A stretch of DNA of 45,807 nucleotides, taken from positions 1 to 45,807 of the forward strand of contig JAQCIU010000024.1 of NCBI GenBank assembly GCA_027593235.1, written 5' to 3'. Below are positions 1 through 9,975 of the stretch, piece by piece. This DNA is from Chloroflexota bacterium (GTDB lineage: Bacteria > Chloroflexota > Dehalococcoidia > UBA2979). The notes below the pieces were generated by a model. It was not told where the DNA came from, did no database searches, and saw nothing but the letters and a program-made list of their open reading frames with translations. Made by a program: the position numbers and the translations under genes. Position 1 is the stretch's first letter. Each line of letters begins with the position of its first letter.

Positions 1-46
1 GCGGGCGCCCGACACCGCGGACGGCCCGCCCGCCCTCGATGCCCCG

Positions 47-585
47 CTACGCCGTCCGTCGGCCGCGCCCGGCCCCCACACCCTGCGGCTGCAACCGCCG
101 CAGCTCCTCGTAGAACAGATCGGGCGGCCCGAACCCAAGCGTCCCCGCCACGCTCGCCGACAACTGCTGCAAGTACTGCGATGTCCCGGGCGCCGACACC
201 CGCAGCGGTGACACCTGCGTCGGATCGGTGAACCCACCTCGACGTAACGCATCCCGCTGCACGTCCGACAGGAACAGCCGCGCCACATCCGCCGACACCG
301 GCCCGATCGGCACCGGAGCAGTCGGCGCCGCGGCCACCGGCCTCGGCTGTGCCGCATACGTCGGTGGCGGCGCGGGAGCCGCAGACAGCGGCGCCACCCC
401 AGGCGCCAGACCTGGCGTCGCCGCCGGCCCCATCTTTACCGGAACGCTCCCAGGCATGACTTGTCGGGATGCGTCCTGCCCACCCAGGCTGCCAATCAGG
501 CGATCGAAATACTTGTCTCGTAAGTCGGCCGGGAGCCCGACGATCGCCTGCGTGTAGGCGCCGCTTGGATCGTAATCGCCCCGCA
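47..585 (-). pseudogene. 3' fragment of a Pro/Ala-rich hypothetical protein (5' end missing)
   Basis: The 47..457 ORF frame stays open upstream (DYDPSGAYTQAIVGLPADLRDKYFDRLIGSLGGQDASRQVMPG) to about 588, then meets TGA with no start codon or RBS. Confidence 0.4.
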
Positions 586-876
586 GAGGTCATCATCGTG
601 CTCCCGCCCGATGGCTGGGAGAGCCAGGGCGATGTGTTTTCGCCCCCGTCCGTCATGGTAACTGTTGGCAGTGGCGCCGACAGAGTGGAGTGGGCGGCAG
701 ACGAATACCGAACAACGCCTGGGCTTGAGGGTCTCAGTCAGATCGACAGTTACACCGTGCCGGACGGGCGCCCCGTCCACGCCACAGGAACGGCCACCTT
801 CATCGATACCCTGGCAGTCCTCTCCGGTCGTGACGCGACGCCAGTAAGTGGTTCATTCGAGGTCACCTGCCCCTGA
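577..876 (+). pseudogene. 3' fragment of a hypothetical, probably secreted beta-rich protein
   Basis: Protein-like sequence EVIIVLPPDGWE...ATGTATFIDT...GSFEVTCP begins abruptly at ~577. The upstream part of ORF 469..876 looks like antisense noise. Confidence 0.4.
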
Positions 877-1128
877 GCGGGCTGCTGTCCCGGACCTTCG
901 ATCCGGCCACACTACCCGGACACTTCTCACGATCGAGCCCGTTGGTGATGGGTTGCTCGCGATCTCGACCACCGGGAACCTCAACGTGGATGCAGGCCTC
1001 GCCTTCAGATGCGCAACCGTTTCGGCCCCCTCCTGAGCCCCGGTCGCGGTACTAACAAACTCACCGCCGTCCGGGCGGGCGCGCTAGTCTGCCCGCATCC
1101 CCTCACCGTCCGAGGAAGGCCGCCCACC

Positions 1129-1890
1129 ATGCACCGCATGCGCCAGATCGCCCTCGTCGCCCACGACCTCTACGCCGTCGAAGCGGACTTCCACGCCGTC
1201 TTCGGCCTGGAGGTCTGCTACCGCGACCCCGGCGTCGAGAAGTACGGCCTGCACAACTTCCTGATGCCCGTCGGCAACGGCTTCCTCGAGGTGGTCGCCC
1301 CGACCGAGGAGGGCACGGCCGGTGGCCGCTACCTGGAGCGGCGCGGGGGTGACGGCGGGTACATGGTGATTCTCCAGACCGCCGACATCGCCGAGGTGCG
1401 GGCGCGCGTCGCCGACCTCGGCATCCGGCTGATCCTCGACACCAGCAGCTCCCACAGCGACGGTATCCAGCTCCACCCGAAGGACGTCCCCGGCTCCATG
1501 CTTCAGCTCTCGTGGAACGAGGGTGATGAAGACCCCGCCGGCCCGTGGCACCCGGCCGGCCCCGACTGGCTCCCCGCACAACGCCTCGAGGTCGTGCGAG
1601 CCTTCCGCGCCGCCGACATCCAGGCCAACGACCCGCCCGCACTCGCCGCCCGCTGGTCCGAGGTGCTCGCCGTTCCTGTCGAGGCCAACGCGGACGGCGT
1701 CCCGACGATCGCCCTCGACGACGCCGTGCTCCGCTTCGTCCCGGTCACCGACGGCCGCGGCGAAGGCCTCGCCGCGCTCGATATCGAGGTCGCCGATCGC
1801 GCCCACATCCTCGCCGCCGCTGCCGCGCGCAACGCGACCATCGAGGGCGACACCGTCACCCTCTGCGGCACCCGCTTCCGGATGGTCTAG
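1129..1890 (+). CDS. VOC/glyoxalase-like protein (Glyoxalase_3 type)
   Basis: MRQIALVAHDL...FLEVVAP...GGDGGYMVILQ...QLHPKDVPG motifs; GAGGAAGG RBS-like sequence before ATG 1129. Confidence 0.85.
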   Translation: MHRMRQIALVAHDLYAVEADFHAVFGLEVCYRDPGVEKYGLHNFLMPVGNGFLEVVAPTEEGTAGGRYLERRGGDGGYMVILQTADIAEVRARVADLGIRLILDTSSSHSDGIQLHPKDVPGSMLQLSWNEGDEDPAGPWHPAGPDWLPAQRLEVVRAFRAADIQANDPPALAARWSEVLAVPVEANADGVPTIALDDAVLRFVPVTDGRGEGLAALDIEVADRAHILAAAAARNATIEGDTVTLCGTRFRMV

Positions 1891-1926
1891 CACCCGCGCG
1901 GCCAGCGCTGGCAGGAGGCGCGTGTC

Positions 1927-3573
1927 CTAGCTGATGACGCGAATCTCCCCGGCGACCGGATCCACCTCGATCTGATCGCCGTCGTGGAGGAGTGACATCA
2001 CCCCGGTCGCGCCGACCACCGCCGGCAGCCCGAACTCGCGCGCGACGATCGCCGCGTGGCACATCGGCCCGCCCTCCTCGACCACCACCGCGCCGAGGAT
2101 CGGCAGCAGCGAGTTGTACGACGGGCCGGTGAACGAGGTCACCAACAAATCGCCCGGCTCGATCCGTTCGAGGGCGTCCGTCGCGTCGACCACCAGCCGC
2201 GCGCGACCTCGGTAAACGCGGTCGCCGATCCCGACCCCGCGCAGCGGCCCTGCTCCCGGCTCGCCCTCCATCGCCCCGATCAGCGCCAGCACCGCCCGCG
2301 CGGCGCGCGCCATCGGCGCGGGCAGCGCCTCGAACGGCGGCGGTGGCTCCGGCTCGCCGAGGGTGCTCGGCGGACCCGCCGCCTCCACCGCAAAACGGAA
2401 GCGGTGCCGCGCCGCCACCTCGGCCACGCTCGGTCCATCGCCACGCAGCAGCAGCGGCGACACCTCGCGCGCGTCCAACTCGATCGCCTGCCCGGCATCC
2501 TCGAGGCGTCCCGCAGTCACGAGGCGGCGCCCCACCTCGAGCAATGCGCGTCGGAGCAGCCCGGCCGGCCAGTTCCAGCGCACACCCACGTTGTCGTCTC
2601 GCAGCCGCAGCCCGTAGCGGGCCTCGGTCAGCAGCTCGTCGAACAGCGCACGCTGCGCCGGCGGGACCTTGTCGCGCACCGCGCTCACATCAACCTCGCC
2701 CGCCTCGACGGGCTCGACCGCGGACCGCAACGCCGCGAGCTGGAGCGCCGGCGACTCCGCCAGCGTCGCCGCATCCAGGTCGTCGCTCGAGATCACGCGC
2801 CACGCGTGCAGCGCCAGCCACTCGTCGATCGCCTCCGCGCACGCAGCACCCAGGCCGCGCACCTCCTCGATCGACCCGACCGCACCGCCGCCCGCTGCGA
2901 GCGCCTGCGCCACCGGCGCCAGCAGCCGCGCCGTCTCCATCGAGGCCGGCGAACTGCCTCGGAGTAACGCCGACGCCTCGGGCGCCGCGATGCCCCACTC
3001 GGCGCAGTGCGCCAGGTAGTCGCCGACGGGAATAATGTCGCCACCGTGCGTCGCGAAGCCGGCCCGCGCCTGCTCTCGCATGTGACTCGTCAGCTCGGCG
3101 AGCTGCCGCACCAGCGCGCCGTCATCGAGCGCCGCGAGGTCGACCTGCTGGAACGACCGGTTCGCCTCGATCACCCGAGCGCGCTCGCCGTCGAACCAGC
3201 GGTCGACGTCCTCGCGCCAGGCCCTGTCGCGCCATGCCTCGGATGCCGCGCGGTTACGCCGCCGCAGCTCCGGGTGCACGCGCGCCACGATCTTCATCAG
3301 CCAGGTGGGCGGTGGCGCGCTGCCCTTGCCGGAGTCACCGACCGCCCTCGGGCGGATGTACTCCAGGCCGTGGACGTGCCGGACGTCCATCCCCGCCAGC
3401 GGCAGCCCGTAGCGGCGGAACATCACCGCCATCCCCTCGAACGCCTCGGCCGAGATCGGCCGCAGGTAGCCCGACAGCGGCCGCCGGCCGTGGTGTGTGG
3501 AGTCCAGCATCCACTCGCCCGGCCCCGGCGCCTCGAACGTGATCTGCCCGCGTTCCGTCGTCGTGCTGGTCAT
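1927..3573 (-). CDS. PEP-utilising enzyme mobile (phospho-His swivel) domain protein, rifampin-phosphotransferase-like, lacking the ATP-grasp domain
   Basis: C-terminal GRARLV...PGDLLVT...EEGGPMCHAAIVAREFGLPAVVG...GDQIEVD motif, preceded by a large helical region. Confidence 0.85.
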   Translation of the reverse strand: MTSTTTERGQITFEAPGPGEWMLDSTHHGRRPLSGYLRPISAEAFEGMAVMFRRYGLPLAGMDVRHVHGLEYIRPRAVGDSGKGSAPPPTWLMKIVARVHPELRRRNRAASEAWRDRAWREDVDRWFDGERARVIEANRSFQQVDLAALDDGALVRQLAELTSHMREQARAGFATHGGDIIPVGDYLAHCAEWGIAAPEASALLRGSSPASMETARLLAPVAQALAAGGGAVGSIEEVRGLGAACAEAIDEWLALHAWRVISSDDLDAATLAESPALQLAALRSAVEPVEAGEVDVSAVRDKVPPAQRALFDELLTEARYGLRLRDDNVGVRWNWPAGLLRRALLEVGRRLVTAGRLEDAGQAIELDAREVSPLLLRGDGPSVAEVAARHRFRFAVEAAGPPSTLGEPEPPPPFEALPAPMARAARAVLALIGAMEGEPGAGPLRGVGIGDRVYRGRARLVVDATDALERIEPGDLLVTSFTGPSYNSLLPILGAVVVEEGGPMCHAAIVAREFGLPAVVGATGVMSLLHDGDQIEVDPVAGEIRVIS

Positions 3574-3616
3574 CTGAACCGGCCTTTCCGAGGCAGCCTC
3601 GCAGTTCCCGAGGCGC

Positions 3617-4363
3617 CTAGCGAGCACGCAGCGCGCTCACGCTCAACGCCAGCAGCAGCGCGAACCCGGCAGGAACCACCACGAACCCGAGCCCTCGTGC
3701 GTCCAGCGCCAATGACGCGATCGACACCACCCCCAGTACCGAGGCCAACGGCGCCACCCGCGCCAGCCAACCCGGCACCCACGCGTCGCGGCCCGCCAAC
3801 GCCAGCCCGACCCCGCCCACACCCAGGATCAACGCCGTCGCGATCCAGTCCGCGATCGTCGCCGCCTGACCAAGGGCGACGCCAACGGGCTCTAGCTCCG
3901 GATGGCCGCCCAGCCCCAGCACCAGCCCCATCCACAACGGAAAGAACCCGATCGCCGCGGCCACGCCGGTCATGAACCCGAACCGCGAGACCGTGGCCGC
4001 AACGCTGTCCGGCAATGACCGCGTCAACAGCAGCCCGCCCAGCCCGATCCCGATCACCCCGACGGTCCACAGACTCAGGTTCCACATCAGCACCGTCTGG
4101 TCTGCGCCCGCGTCGCTGAGGTACGCCGCCACCTCCCCGTCCGCCAGCGCCACGTCCAGGTCAAGGCCCGACGACGCCCACGTCACCGCGCCCGCAATCA
4201 TCGTCAGCGTCCCGACCAGCAGCACCCACGCACCGGTCACGCGGAACGCCCGCGCGCCCTCACATGCGCTCGCATCGATCCCCCTGCCCACGCCCGTGTC
4301 GAGGGGCGCCTCGCTCGGCCCCGCGCGGGGTGCTTCGATCGCCTGATTCACCGCCGTCACCAC
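3617..4363 (-). CDS. Multi-pass membrane protein (about 6 TM; DUF4386-like)
   Basis: Several hydrophobic segments; GAGGGGG RBS before GTG; co-oriented and directly upstream of the PEP-utiliser gene. Confidence 0.7.
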   Translation of the reverse strand: MVTAVNQAIEAPRAGPSEAPLDTGVGRGIDASACEGARAFRVTGAWVLLVGTLTMIAGAVTWASSGLDLDVALADGEVAAYLSDAGADQTVLMWNLSLWTVGVIGIGLGGLLLTRSLPDSVAATVSRFGFMTGVAAAIGFFPLWMGLVLGLGGHPELEPVGVALGQAATIADWIATALILGVGGVGLALAGRDAWVPGWLARVAPLASVLGVVSIASLALDARGLGFVVVPAGFALLLALSVSALRAR

Positions 4364-4384
4364 GAACCCCCTCGTCAGTCATTT

Positions 4385-4439
4385 ACACGGATTGACGGTA
4401 GATTGCATGTATCGTGCACAATTCGTCAAGTGTTATCAT
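4385..4439. promoter_or_regulatory. Divergent promoter region with probable TetR operator
   Basis: Nested inverted repeat ACAC..TTGACG(4392)..TGCA-N7-TGCA..CGTCAA(4424)GTGT in an AT-rich gap; TATCAT -10 box at 4434-4439. Confidence 0.6.
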
Positions 4440-4446
4440 TCTTCGC

Positions 4447-5064
4447 ATGACGGAATCGCTCAGGGACCAGCAACGACGGGTCGCCACGGACCGCATCATC
4501 CAGGCCGCGGCCGAGGAATTGGTCCAGGTCGGCCTCGCGAACCTGTCCGTCCCCGCCGTCGCCGAGCGCGCAGGCGTCTCACTCCGCACCGTCTACAACC
4601 ACTTCGAAAACAAGGAGATCCTGCTCGACTCCCTGATCGACGCCAGCGACGCGCTGCTGGAGAGCCTCGGAGCGATCGACGTCGAAACAGACCCGCAAAA
4701 GCTCCCGGATGCGATCCGCCACAACTGGCCGCTCTTCGGTCAGCTCGGCGTGATCGGCCAGGCCAGCACGATCGTCTCGATCGACCGCGCCGCAAGCGTC
4801 GGCCAGATCGGCCCGACCGCTCGCAACTCCCAGCTCACCGCCGCCCTCCGCAGCGCGCTCCACGACCTCGACGCATCCCTGGACGAAGGCGAGCTCGAGG
4901 CCACGATGGCGATCCTCCGGCTCCTGCTCAGCTTCGGAAGCTGGAACCGCTTGGTGAACGAATTCGGCGTCGACCCAACCAACGCCGCCGAAGCCTCGGC
5001 CTGGGCCTTCGCCACCCTCCGCGACGCCCTCGCCCGCGGCGAAGGCCCCTTCCCGAAGACCTAG
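4447..5064 (+). CDS. TetR/AcrR family transcriptional regulator
   Basis: N-terminal HTH: RIIQAAAEELVQVGLANLSVPAVAERAGVSLRTVYNHFENKEILL. Confidence 0.93.
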   Translation: MTESLRDQQRRVATDRIIQAAAEELVQVGLANLSVPAVAERAGVSLRTVYNHFENKEILLDSLIDASDALLESLGAIDVETDPQKLPDAIRHNWPLFGQLGVIGQASTIVSIDRAASVGQIGPTARNSQLTAALRSALHDLDASLDEGELEATMAILRLLLSFGSWNRLVNEFGVDPTNAAEASAWAFATLRDALARGEGPFPKT

Positions 5065-5359
5065 CGGCGCAGGCCCGTCCCAGGCACCTCGCGGCGCAGG
5101 CCCATCTCGAACGCGGAGACGCCCGCGCTTCCCCAGAAACGCACAACACTCCCTGGGTGCTAAGGCACGGCCGTTAGCGAGAACTGACGCCTCCGCTCGG
5201 TGCCCGCGAGCGCGAACGTGGGCGCCAGAGGGCCGCTATTACAGAGCGCCGGGTAGCACCATTGCCCCTGACGAGATGGTCGACGAAGGTACGAAGGTAT
5301 CGCCTTGGTGCTCCCCGGCTCCCGTCCGGTGGGGTTCTACAAAACGACTGCACGAGAGG

Positions 5360-6064
5360 GTGGACGAGATAAACATCAGGTTGTCGGGGTTACTGTTTGC
5401 GATGATCGATCTGGCGCTCGTCGCTTCCGCCTGCGGTGGCGGAGACGAGTCCGATTCCGGAGGCAACGGCTCGCCGGAGGCCACGGCCGACAGCGCCAAC
5501 GGTACCCCGGCTGCTACCAGCGAGGGCGGCTCCGCTGAGGCGACCGGCTCCCCCGCCAGCGGGGAAGCGTCCGGCGGGGGCGGCGTGATCCTGGCCGACC
5601 TCTGTTCCGAGAACCAGCCGCTGAACGGCGCGATTTCACTGGACGACCTGGTGAGCTACGGGCTGCTATCGTCGACCGACGCGACCGTCGAAGGAAGTAA
5701 CGCCTACGGCGCCACCGCGTACGAGACCTTCGGATTCCTGTGCAACATCAGCGAGGACACGGGCGACGGAGAGAACTTCCTGACCATCGGCGTGAGCAGC
5801 GGAACCGCAATCTGGGATCTGGCCGTCGAGCAAGGAACCGTGCCGGCCGAGCAGATCGGCGACTGGGAAGTAATCGTCGGGAGCAACTGGTTGTCGCCGC
5901 TAACAATGCGCACCACCGACGACGACGGGAACCAGGACAGCCTCTTCGTCACCTGGACCCCGGCCGACGGATCCATCCCTGACGCGGAGACGACGGAGCG
6001 CGTCATGCGCCCCCTCGCCGAGGCCATCGCCACCAGGAGCACCGTCGACATCCCTCGGAGTTAG
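5360..6064 (+). CDS. Putative lipoprotein, hypothetical (start uncertain)
   Basis: Lipobox-like LALVASA-C-GGG followed by an acidic Ser/Gly/Thr linker and a globular domain. Confidence 0.65.
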   Translation: MDEINIRLSGLLFAMIDLALVASACGGGDESDSGGNGSPEATADSANGTPAATSEGGSAEATGSPASGEASGGGGVILADLCSENQPLNGAISLDDLVSYGLLSSTDATVEGSNAYGATAYETFGFLCNISEDTGDGENFLTIGVSSGTAIWDLAVEQGTVPAEQIGDWEVIVGSNWLSPLTMRTTDDDGNQDSLFVTWTPADGSIPDAETTERVMRPLAEAIATRSTVDIPRS

Positions 6065-6079
6065 TTCCGCAGCCGCCTC

Positions 6080-6348
6080 CCGGGCAGCCGCCCGCGCCCC
6101 TCGCGCAGTCGGCTGCCCGGAGGCCAAGCCCGAGACGCCCGAGGGCAGTCCCACCCCTTCCGGACAACACAGCGCCGTTGGCGCCGAACCGCGCCAACGG
6201 CGCCCCCATCCGCCCGGAGGCCAAGCCGCGAGACGCCCGAGGTCAGCCAACCCGGGTTTGGGAGGGGTACTAGGGGACCCCCGCCCGTAGGGCGATCGAA
6301 CACGGAGACGCTGCCCCCTAGTGGGGGGACCGGGGGGCAAAGCCCCCG
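6080..6348. repeat. REP/MITE-like palindromic intergenic cluster
   Basis: Direct repeat GCCCGGAGGCCAAGCC(G)CGAGACGCCCGAGG at ~6115-6144 and ~6212-6242; hairpins CCGGGCAGCCG/CGGCTGCCCGG, GCGCCGTTGGCGC/GCGCCAACGGCGC, ACTAGGGG/CCCCTAGT and GGGGGC-AAA-GCCCCC. Confidence 0.6.
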
Positions 6349-6539
6349 ATCTGGAAAGCGACCTCAAAACCCCGCACGAATCCCAACAGCCAAGCCGGCC
6401 ACTCCATCGAGGTGCGCAGCACCACCTTCCGAATCCGACTCCGATCCCATCCGACTCCCACTTCCCCCAATCCGCCCCCACACCACATGTAGAATGCGCA
6501 CCCGCCCGAGGTCCCCCGAACAACAAAGGACGGCGACCA

Positions 6540-7754
6540 ATGCCAGGCCCCCTAGACGGCATCCGCATCCTCGACTTCACCCGCTTCCAGCAAGGCACCT
6601 TCGGCACCGCCCAGCTCGGCGACCTCGGCGCTGACATCTGGAAGATCGAACAACCCGGCGGCGACCCCGGCCGCACCCTCGGCCGCCACCTCAGCGGCTA
6701 CTCCTCCTACTTCGAATCCCTGAACCGCAACAAGCGCAGCATCTCCCTGGACCTTCGCAAGCCCGAAGGCATCGAGGTTGTCCGACGCCTCGCCGAGAAA
6801 GTCGACATCGTCGCCGAGAACTTCCGTCCCGGCACCATGGAGAAGCTCGGCATCGGCTACGACGACCTCAAGGCGATCAACCACGGCCTGATCTTCGCGT
6901 CCGGCAGCATGTACGGCCCGCTCGGCCCGCGCGGTCGTGACCCCGGCTACGACAACATTGCCCAGGCAACCGGCGGCCTCATGGCGTTCACTACCGAGGA
7001 CGGCGAAGTCCCGCACGGCGCCCAGCCCGGCATCGCCGACCAGACCGGCGGCGCCATGCTCTCCTACGCCATCCTCGCCGCGCTCGTGCACCGGCTCCGC
7101 AGTGGCGAAGGCCAGAAGGTCGATGTCTCGCTCTACGGATCGCAGATCGCCCTGCAGGGCATCCACGTCGCCCGCGTCTGGAACGACCACGAATTTGCGC
7201 CGCCCGGCAAATCCTCGGGCGTCCTCAGCCATCGCGCGCTCTGCATCGACGGCCGCTGGATCGCCTTCGGCTTCCTCGAGGCACGCCACTTCCCGAGGCT
7301 CGCGACCGCCCTCGGTCTCGAGGAGCTCGCCACCGACCCCAGCTTCGCCACCGCCGAGGCTCGCGGCCCCAACATCGGCGCGCTCGTCGAACGCATCGAC
7401 GCGCAGGTGATCCAGCGCCCCGCCGACGAGTGGATCGACCGCCTCCGCGAAGCCGACATCCCCTGCACCGTCGTCCACAGCTACGAGGACATCCGCACCG
7501 ACGAACAGGCGATCGCTAACGGTTATGTCCACGAGACCGACCACCCCGTCTGGGGAAAGATCGCCACCCACGGCCCCGTCGCCCAGTTCTCCGCCAGCCC
7601 CGCCTCAGTCCGCTTCATCGCCCCCGTCGCCCCCGGCGACCACTCCCACGAAATCCTCGAAGAAGGCGGCTTCACCTCGGACGAGATCGCGGCGCTCACC
7701 GCATCAGGCGCGGTCCTCGGTACTCCCGCTGGTCGGGTAGCCGAGGCGCGCTAG
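6540..7754 (+). CDS. CoA-transferase family III (CaiB/BaiF)
   Basis: GPLDGIRILDFT, LGDLGADIWKIE, LNRNKRSISLDL, ENFRPG and GYD motifs. Confidence 0.93.
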   Translation: MPGPLDGIRILDFTRFQQGTFGTAQLGDLGADIWKIEQPGGDPGRTLGRHLSGYSSYFESLNRNKRSISLDLRKPEGIEVVRRLAEKVDIVAENFRPGTMEKLGIGYDDLKAINHGLIFASGSMYGPLGPRGRDPGYDNIAQATGGLMAFTTEDGEVPHGAQPGIADQTGGAMLSYAILAALVHRLRSGEGQKVDVSLYGSQIALQGIHVARVWNDHEFAPPGKSSGVLSHRALCIDGRWIAFGFLEARHFPRLATALGLEELATDPSFATAEARGPNIGALVERIDAQVIQRPADEWIDRLREADIPCTVVHSYEDIRTDEQAIANGYVHETDHPVWGKIATHGPVAQFSASPASVRFIAPVAPGDHSHEILEEGGFTSDEIAALTASGAVLGTPAGRVAEAR

Positions 7755-7777
7755 CAAGCATCGATCGAGGACAAACG

Positions 7778-8659
7778 ATGGCCGATCTCCGCAGCACAGT
7801 GATCGCCGAAGGCCTCTCGTTCGGCGAGGGCCCGCGCTGGCGCGACGGCCAGCTCTGGGTCTCGGATATGTGGAACAACCGCGTCGTCACCGTCGGCGAC
7901 GACGGCACCGTCACGACCGTCGTCGAGGCCAACGACCGCGTCAGCGGCCTCGGCTGGGACCGCGCCGGTCGCCTCCACATCGTCGCGATGAGCCAGCGCG
8001 CGCTGCTCCGCCTCGAACCGGACGGCTCGCTGCAGTCAGTCGCCACGCTCGAGGGCGTCGGCAGCGGCTGGGCCAACGACATGCTGATCGACGCCAACGA
8101 GCACGCCTTCATCGGCAGCTTCGGTGACCGCGACCAGAACCACATCCCGCAGCCGACCGCCCTGGCAATGGTCGACCTCGCCACCGGCGCGGTCACCGAG
8201 GCCGCCGCCGACATGCGATTCCCCAACGGGATGGTCGTCACGCCCGAGGGCGACCAACTCGTCGTCGCCGAGACGCGCGGCGCGCGCCTCACCGCGTTCG
8301 ACCTCGCTCAGGACGGCACGCTCTCCAACCGCCGGCAGGTCGCCGACCTCGACCACGCCCAGCCCGATGGCATCTGCCTGGACGAGGCCGGCGCGATCTG
8401 GGTCGCCACCCCGTCCCAGCGTCCGCCCGACGGCAGCACGCACCCGCGCAGCCAGTGCCTCCGCGTCGACCGCGACGGCCGCATCACCGACCGCATCGTC
8501 ACCGAGCACTACACCTACGCCTGCATGCTCGGCGGCATCGACGGCCGCACGCTCTACATCTGCACCTCGCCCACCCCCGGCGACCAACGCGCCGCCGGCA
8601 ACGGCGTCGCCTATATCGAGGGCGCCCAAGTCGACGTCCCCCACGCCGGCCTGCCGTAG
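7778..8659 (+). CDS. SMP-30/gluconolactonase/LRE family protein
   Basis: FGEGPRW, ANDM, FPNGM and PDGICLD motifs; GAGGA RBS. Confidence 0.92.
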   Translation: MADLRSTVIAEGLSFGEGPRWRDGQLWVSDMWNNRVVTVGDDGTVTTVVEANDRVSGLGWDRAGRLHIVAMSQRALLRLEPDGSLQSVATLEGVGSGWANDMLIDANEHAFIGSFGDRDQNHIPQPTALAMVDLATGAVTEAAADMRFPNGMVVTPEGDQLVVAETRGARLTAFDLAQDGTLSNRRQVADLDHAQPDGICLDEAGAIWVATPSQRPPDGSTHPRSQCLRVDRDGRITDRIVTEHYTYACMLGGIDGRTLYICTSPTPGDQRAAGNGVAYIEGAQVDVPHAGLP

Positions 8660-8706
8660 CCGGCGGCGACGGCCATGCCCCGCCATTCCTCGAGGAGGAC
8701 CCCCGG

Positions 8707-9123
8707 ATGAGCGACACAGCAATCGAAGCGGCACAAGCCTGGCTCGCGCGCTTCCTCGAGGCGTGGAACAGCGCCGACATCGAACGCGTCCGCGACGAAC
8801 TGCACTACCCACACATCAGCATTGGCGGAGCCGGCGGCCAGGTCGTCGTCGCCCAGACCCGCGACGACTTCAAGACCGACTTCGCCCGCATGGCAGCGAC
8901 CGAGGGTTGGGCCTCCAGCACGTTTGAAGACTTCACCCCGATCAGCGCATCAGCCACCAAGGTCCACTTCGAAACGACGTTCAAGCGCTACACCACGGAC
9001 GGCACCTTGTACGGATCCGGCCGTGTCCTCTATATCGTCACCGAGCAAGATGGCCACTGGGGCATACAGCTCCGCTCCGGCGTACCGGACGCTGCCCTCA
9101 CCGCAGCGCGAACAGCAAACTGA
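8707..9123 (+). CDS. NTF2/SnoaL-like domain protein
   Basis: FLEAWNSADIE...LHYPH...YIVTEQDGHWGIQLRS; GAGGAGG RBS. Confidence 0.75.
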   Translation: MSDTAIEAAQAWLARFLEAWNSADIERVRDELHYPHISIGGAGGQVVVAQTRDDFKTDFARMAATEGWASSTFEDFTPISASATKVHFETTFKRYTTDGTLYGSGRVLYIVTEQDGHWGIQLRSGVPDAALTAARTAN

Positions 9124-9160
9124 CGCCGCACCCACGGCGCCACGATCGGGAGAACCAAAC

Positions 9161-9975
9161 ATGGCTTCAGGATCACGCCGGCGCCGTCTTGCCGGCTGCA
9201 CGATCGCCCTCGCAACGTTCGGCGTGCTGCTGATCGGCGGATGCACTTCCGACGATGACCCCGATCCCTCGCCCACGCCGACCACCGTCGACGCCGCCGC
9301 CAGCTCCACCGCAACCGCGACAACCGAATCAACCGCCGAACCAACCCCCGCGGTCCTGCTTCCGCACGAAGATCTGCTCCCACGGTGGGTCACCTACGGC
9401 ATCCCGAGCTGGCAGCTCACGGACGCCGTCCTGACGAACCAGGACCCCGGCCGCTAAGTCGCCGGCGAGAACGGTCGCATCACGCCGCAGACCTATCTGA
9501 TCCTCGATTTCGAGCTGGCGAACGAGAACGTCGGCATCAACATCGCCTCGAACGGCGCACGCCTCCACCTCACACTCGCTGACGGCGCCATCGTTGACGG
9601 GAAGAACGAACAGAGCACGTCGATCCCCGCCGCCTCGTCCGCCAAGGCCCGTTACTCTTTCGAGGTCCCCGCGGAGACGACCTTCGACGGCCTCTTCGTC
9701 ACCATCGGCGACCCCGGTCGCGTGCCCTCCGTCGCCCTCCCGCTCACCGGCGACGCCCCCGAGGTCGAGGCACCCGCCGTCTCCGCAACGGATCTCGCCG
9801 CCACCGTTCCCCTCCCCGGCATCGAGATGACCTGGACCATCAACCGACAGTGGCTCGGCGCCGACTGGCCGCTACCGTTCGGCTTCCGAGGTGGCGCGAC
9901 GATGGCCACCACCCGTGCTGAAGACGGCACCCTCTGGCTGGGCATCGAGGTCGAAGTCCTCGTCGCCGCCTGCGA
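9161..9975 (+). pseudogene. Lipoprotein interrupted by in-frame TAA (9455-9457) and ending at a junction near 9970
   Basis: Signal/lipobox MASGSRRRRLAG...LLIGG-C and a Thr/Pro linker. The frame continues past TAA (VAGENGRITPQTYLILDFELANE...) into ORF 9722, which is in the same frame. Confidence 0.7.

Noticed and set aside
877-1036. Small ORF 848..1036
   Set aside because: Short, with no RBS or motif; could be a remnant but cannot be supported.
5177-5371. Structured leader or mutated ATG (ATA at 5369) before the lipoprotein gene
   Set aside because: No recognisable RNA motif, and an in-frame GTG at 5360 can serve as the start.
6080-6348. Possible CRISPR array from the two ~30-bp repeats
   Set aside because: Only two imperfect units, a ~67-bp self-complementary spacer, and no cas genes.
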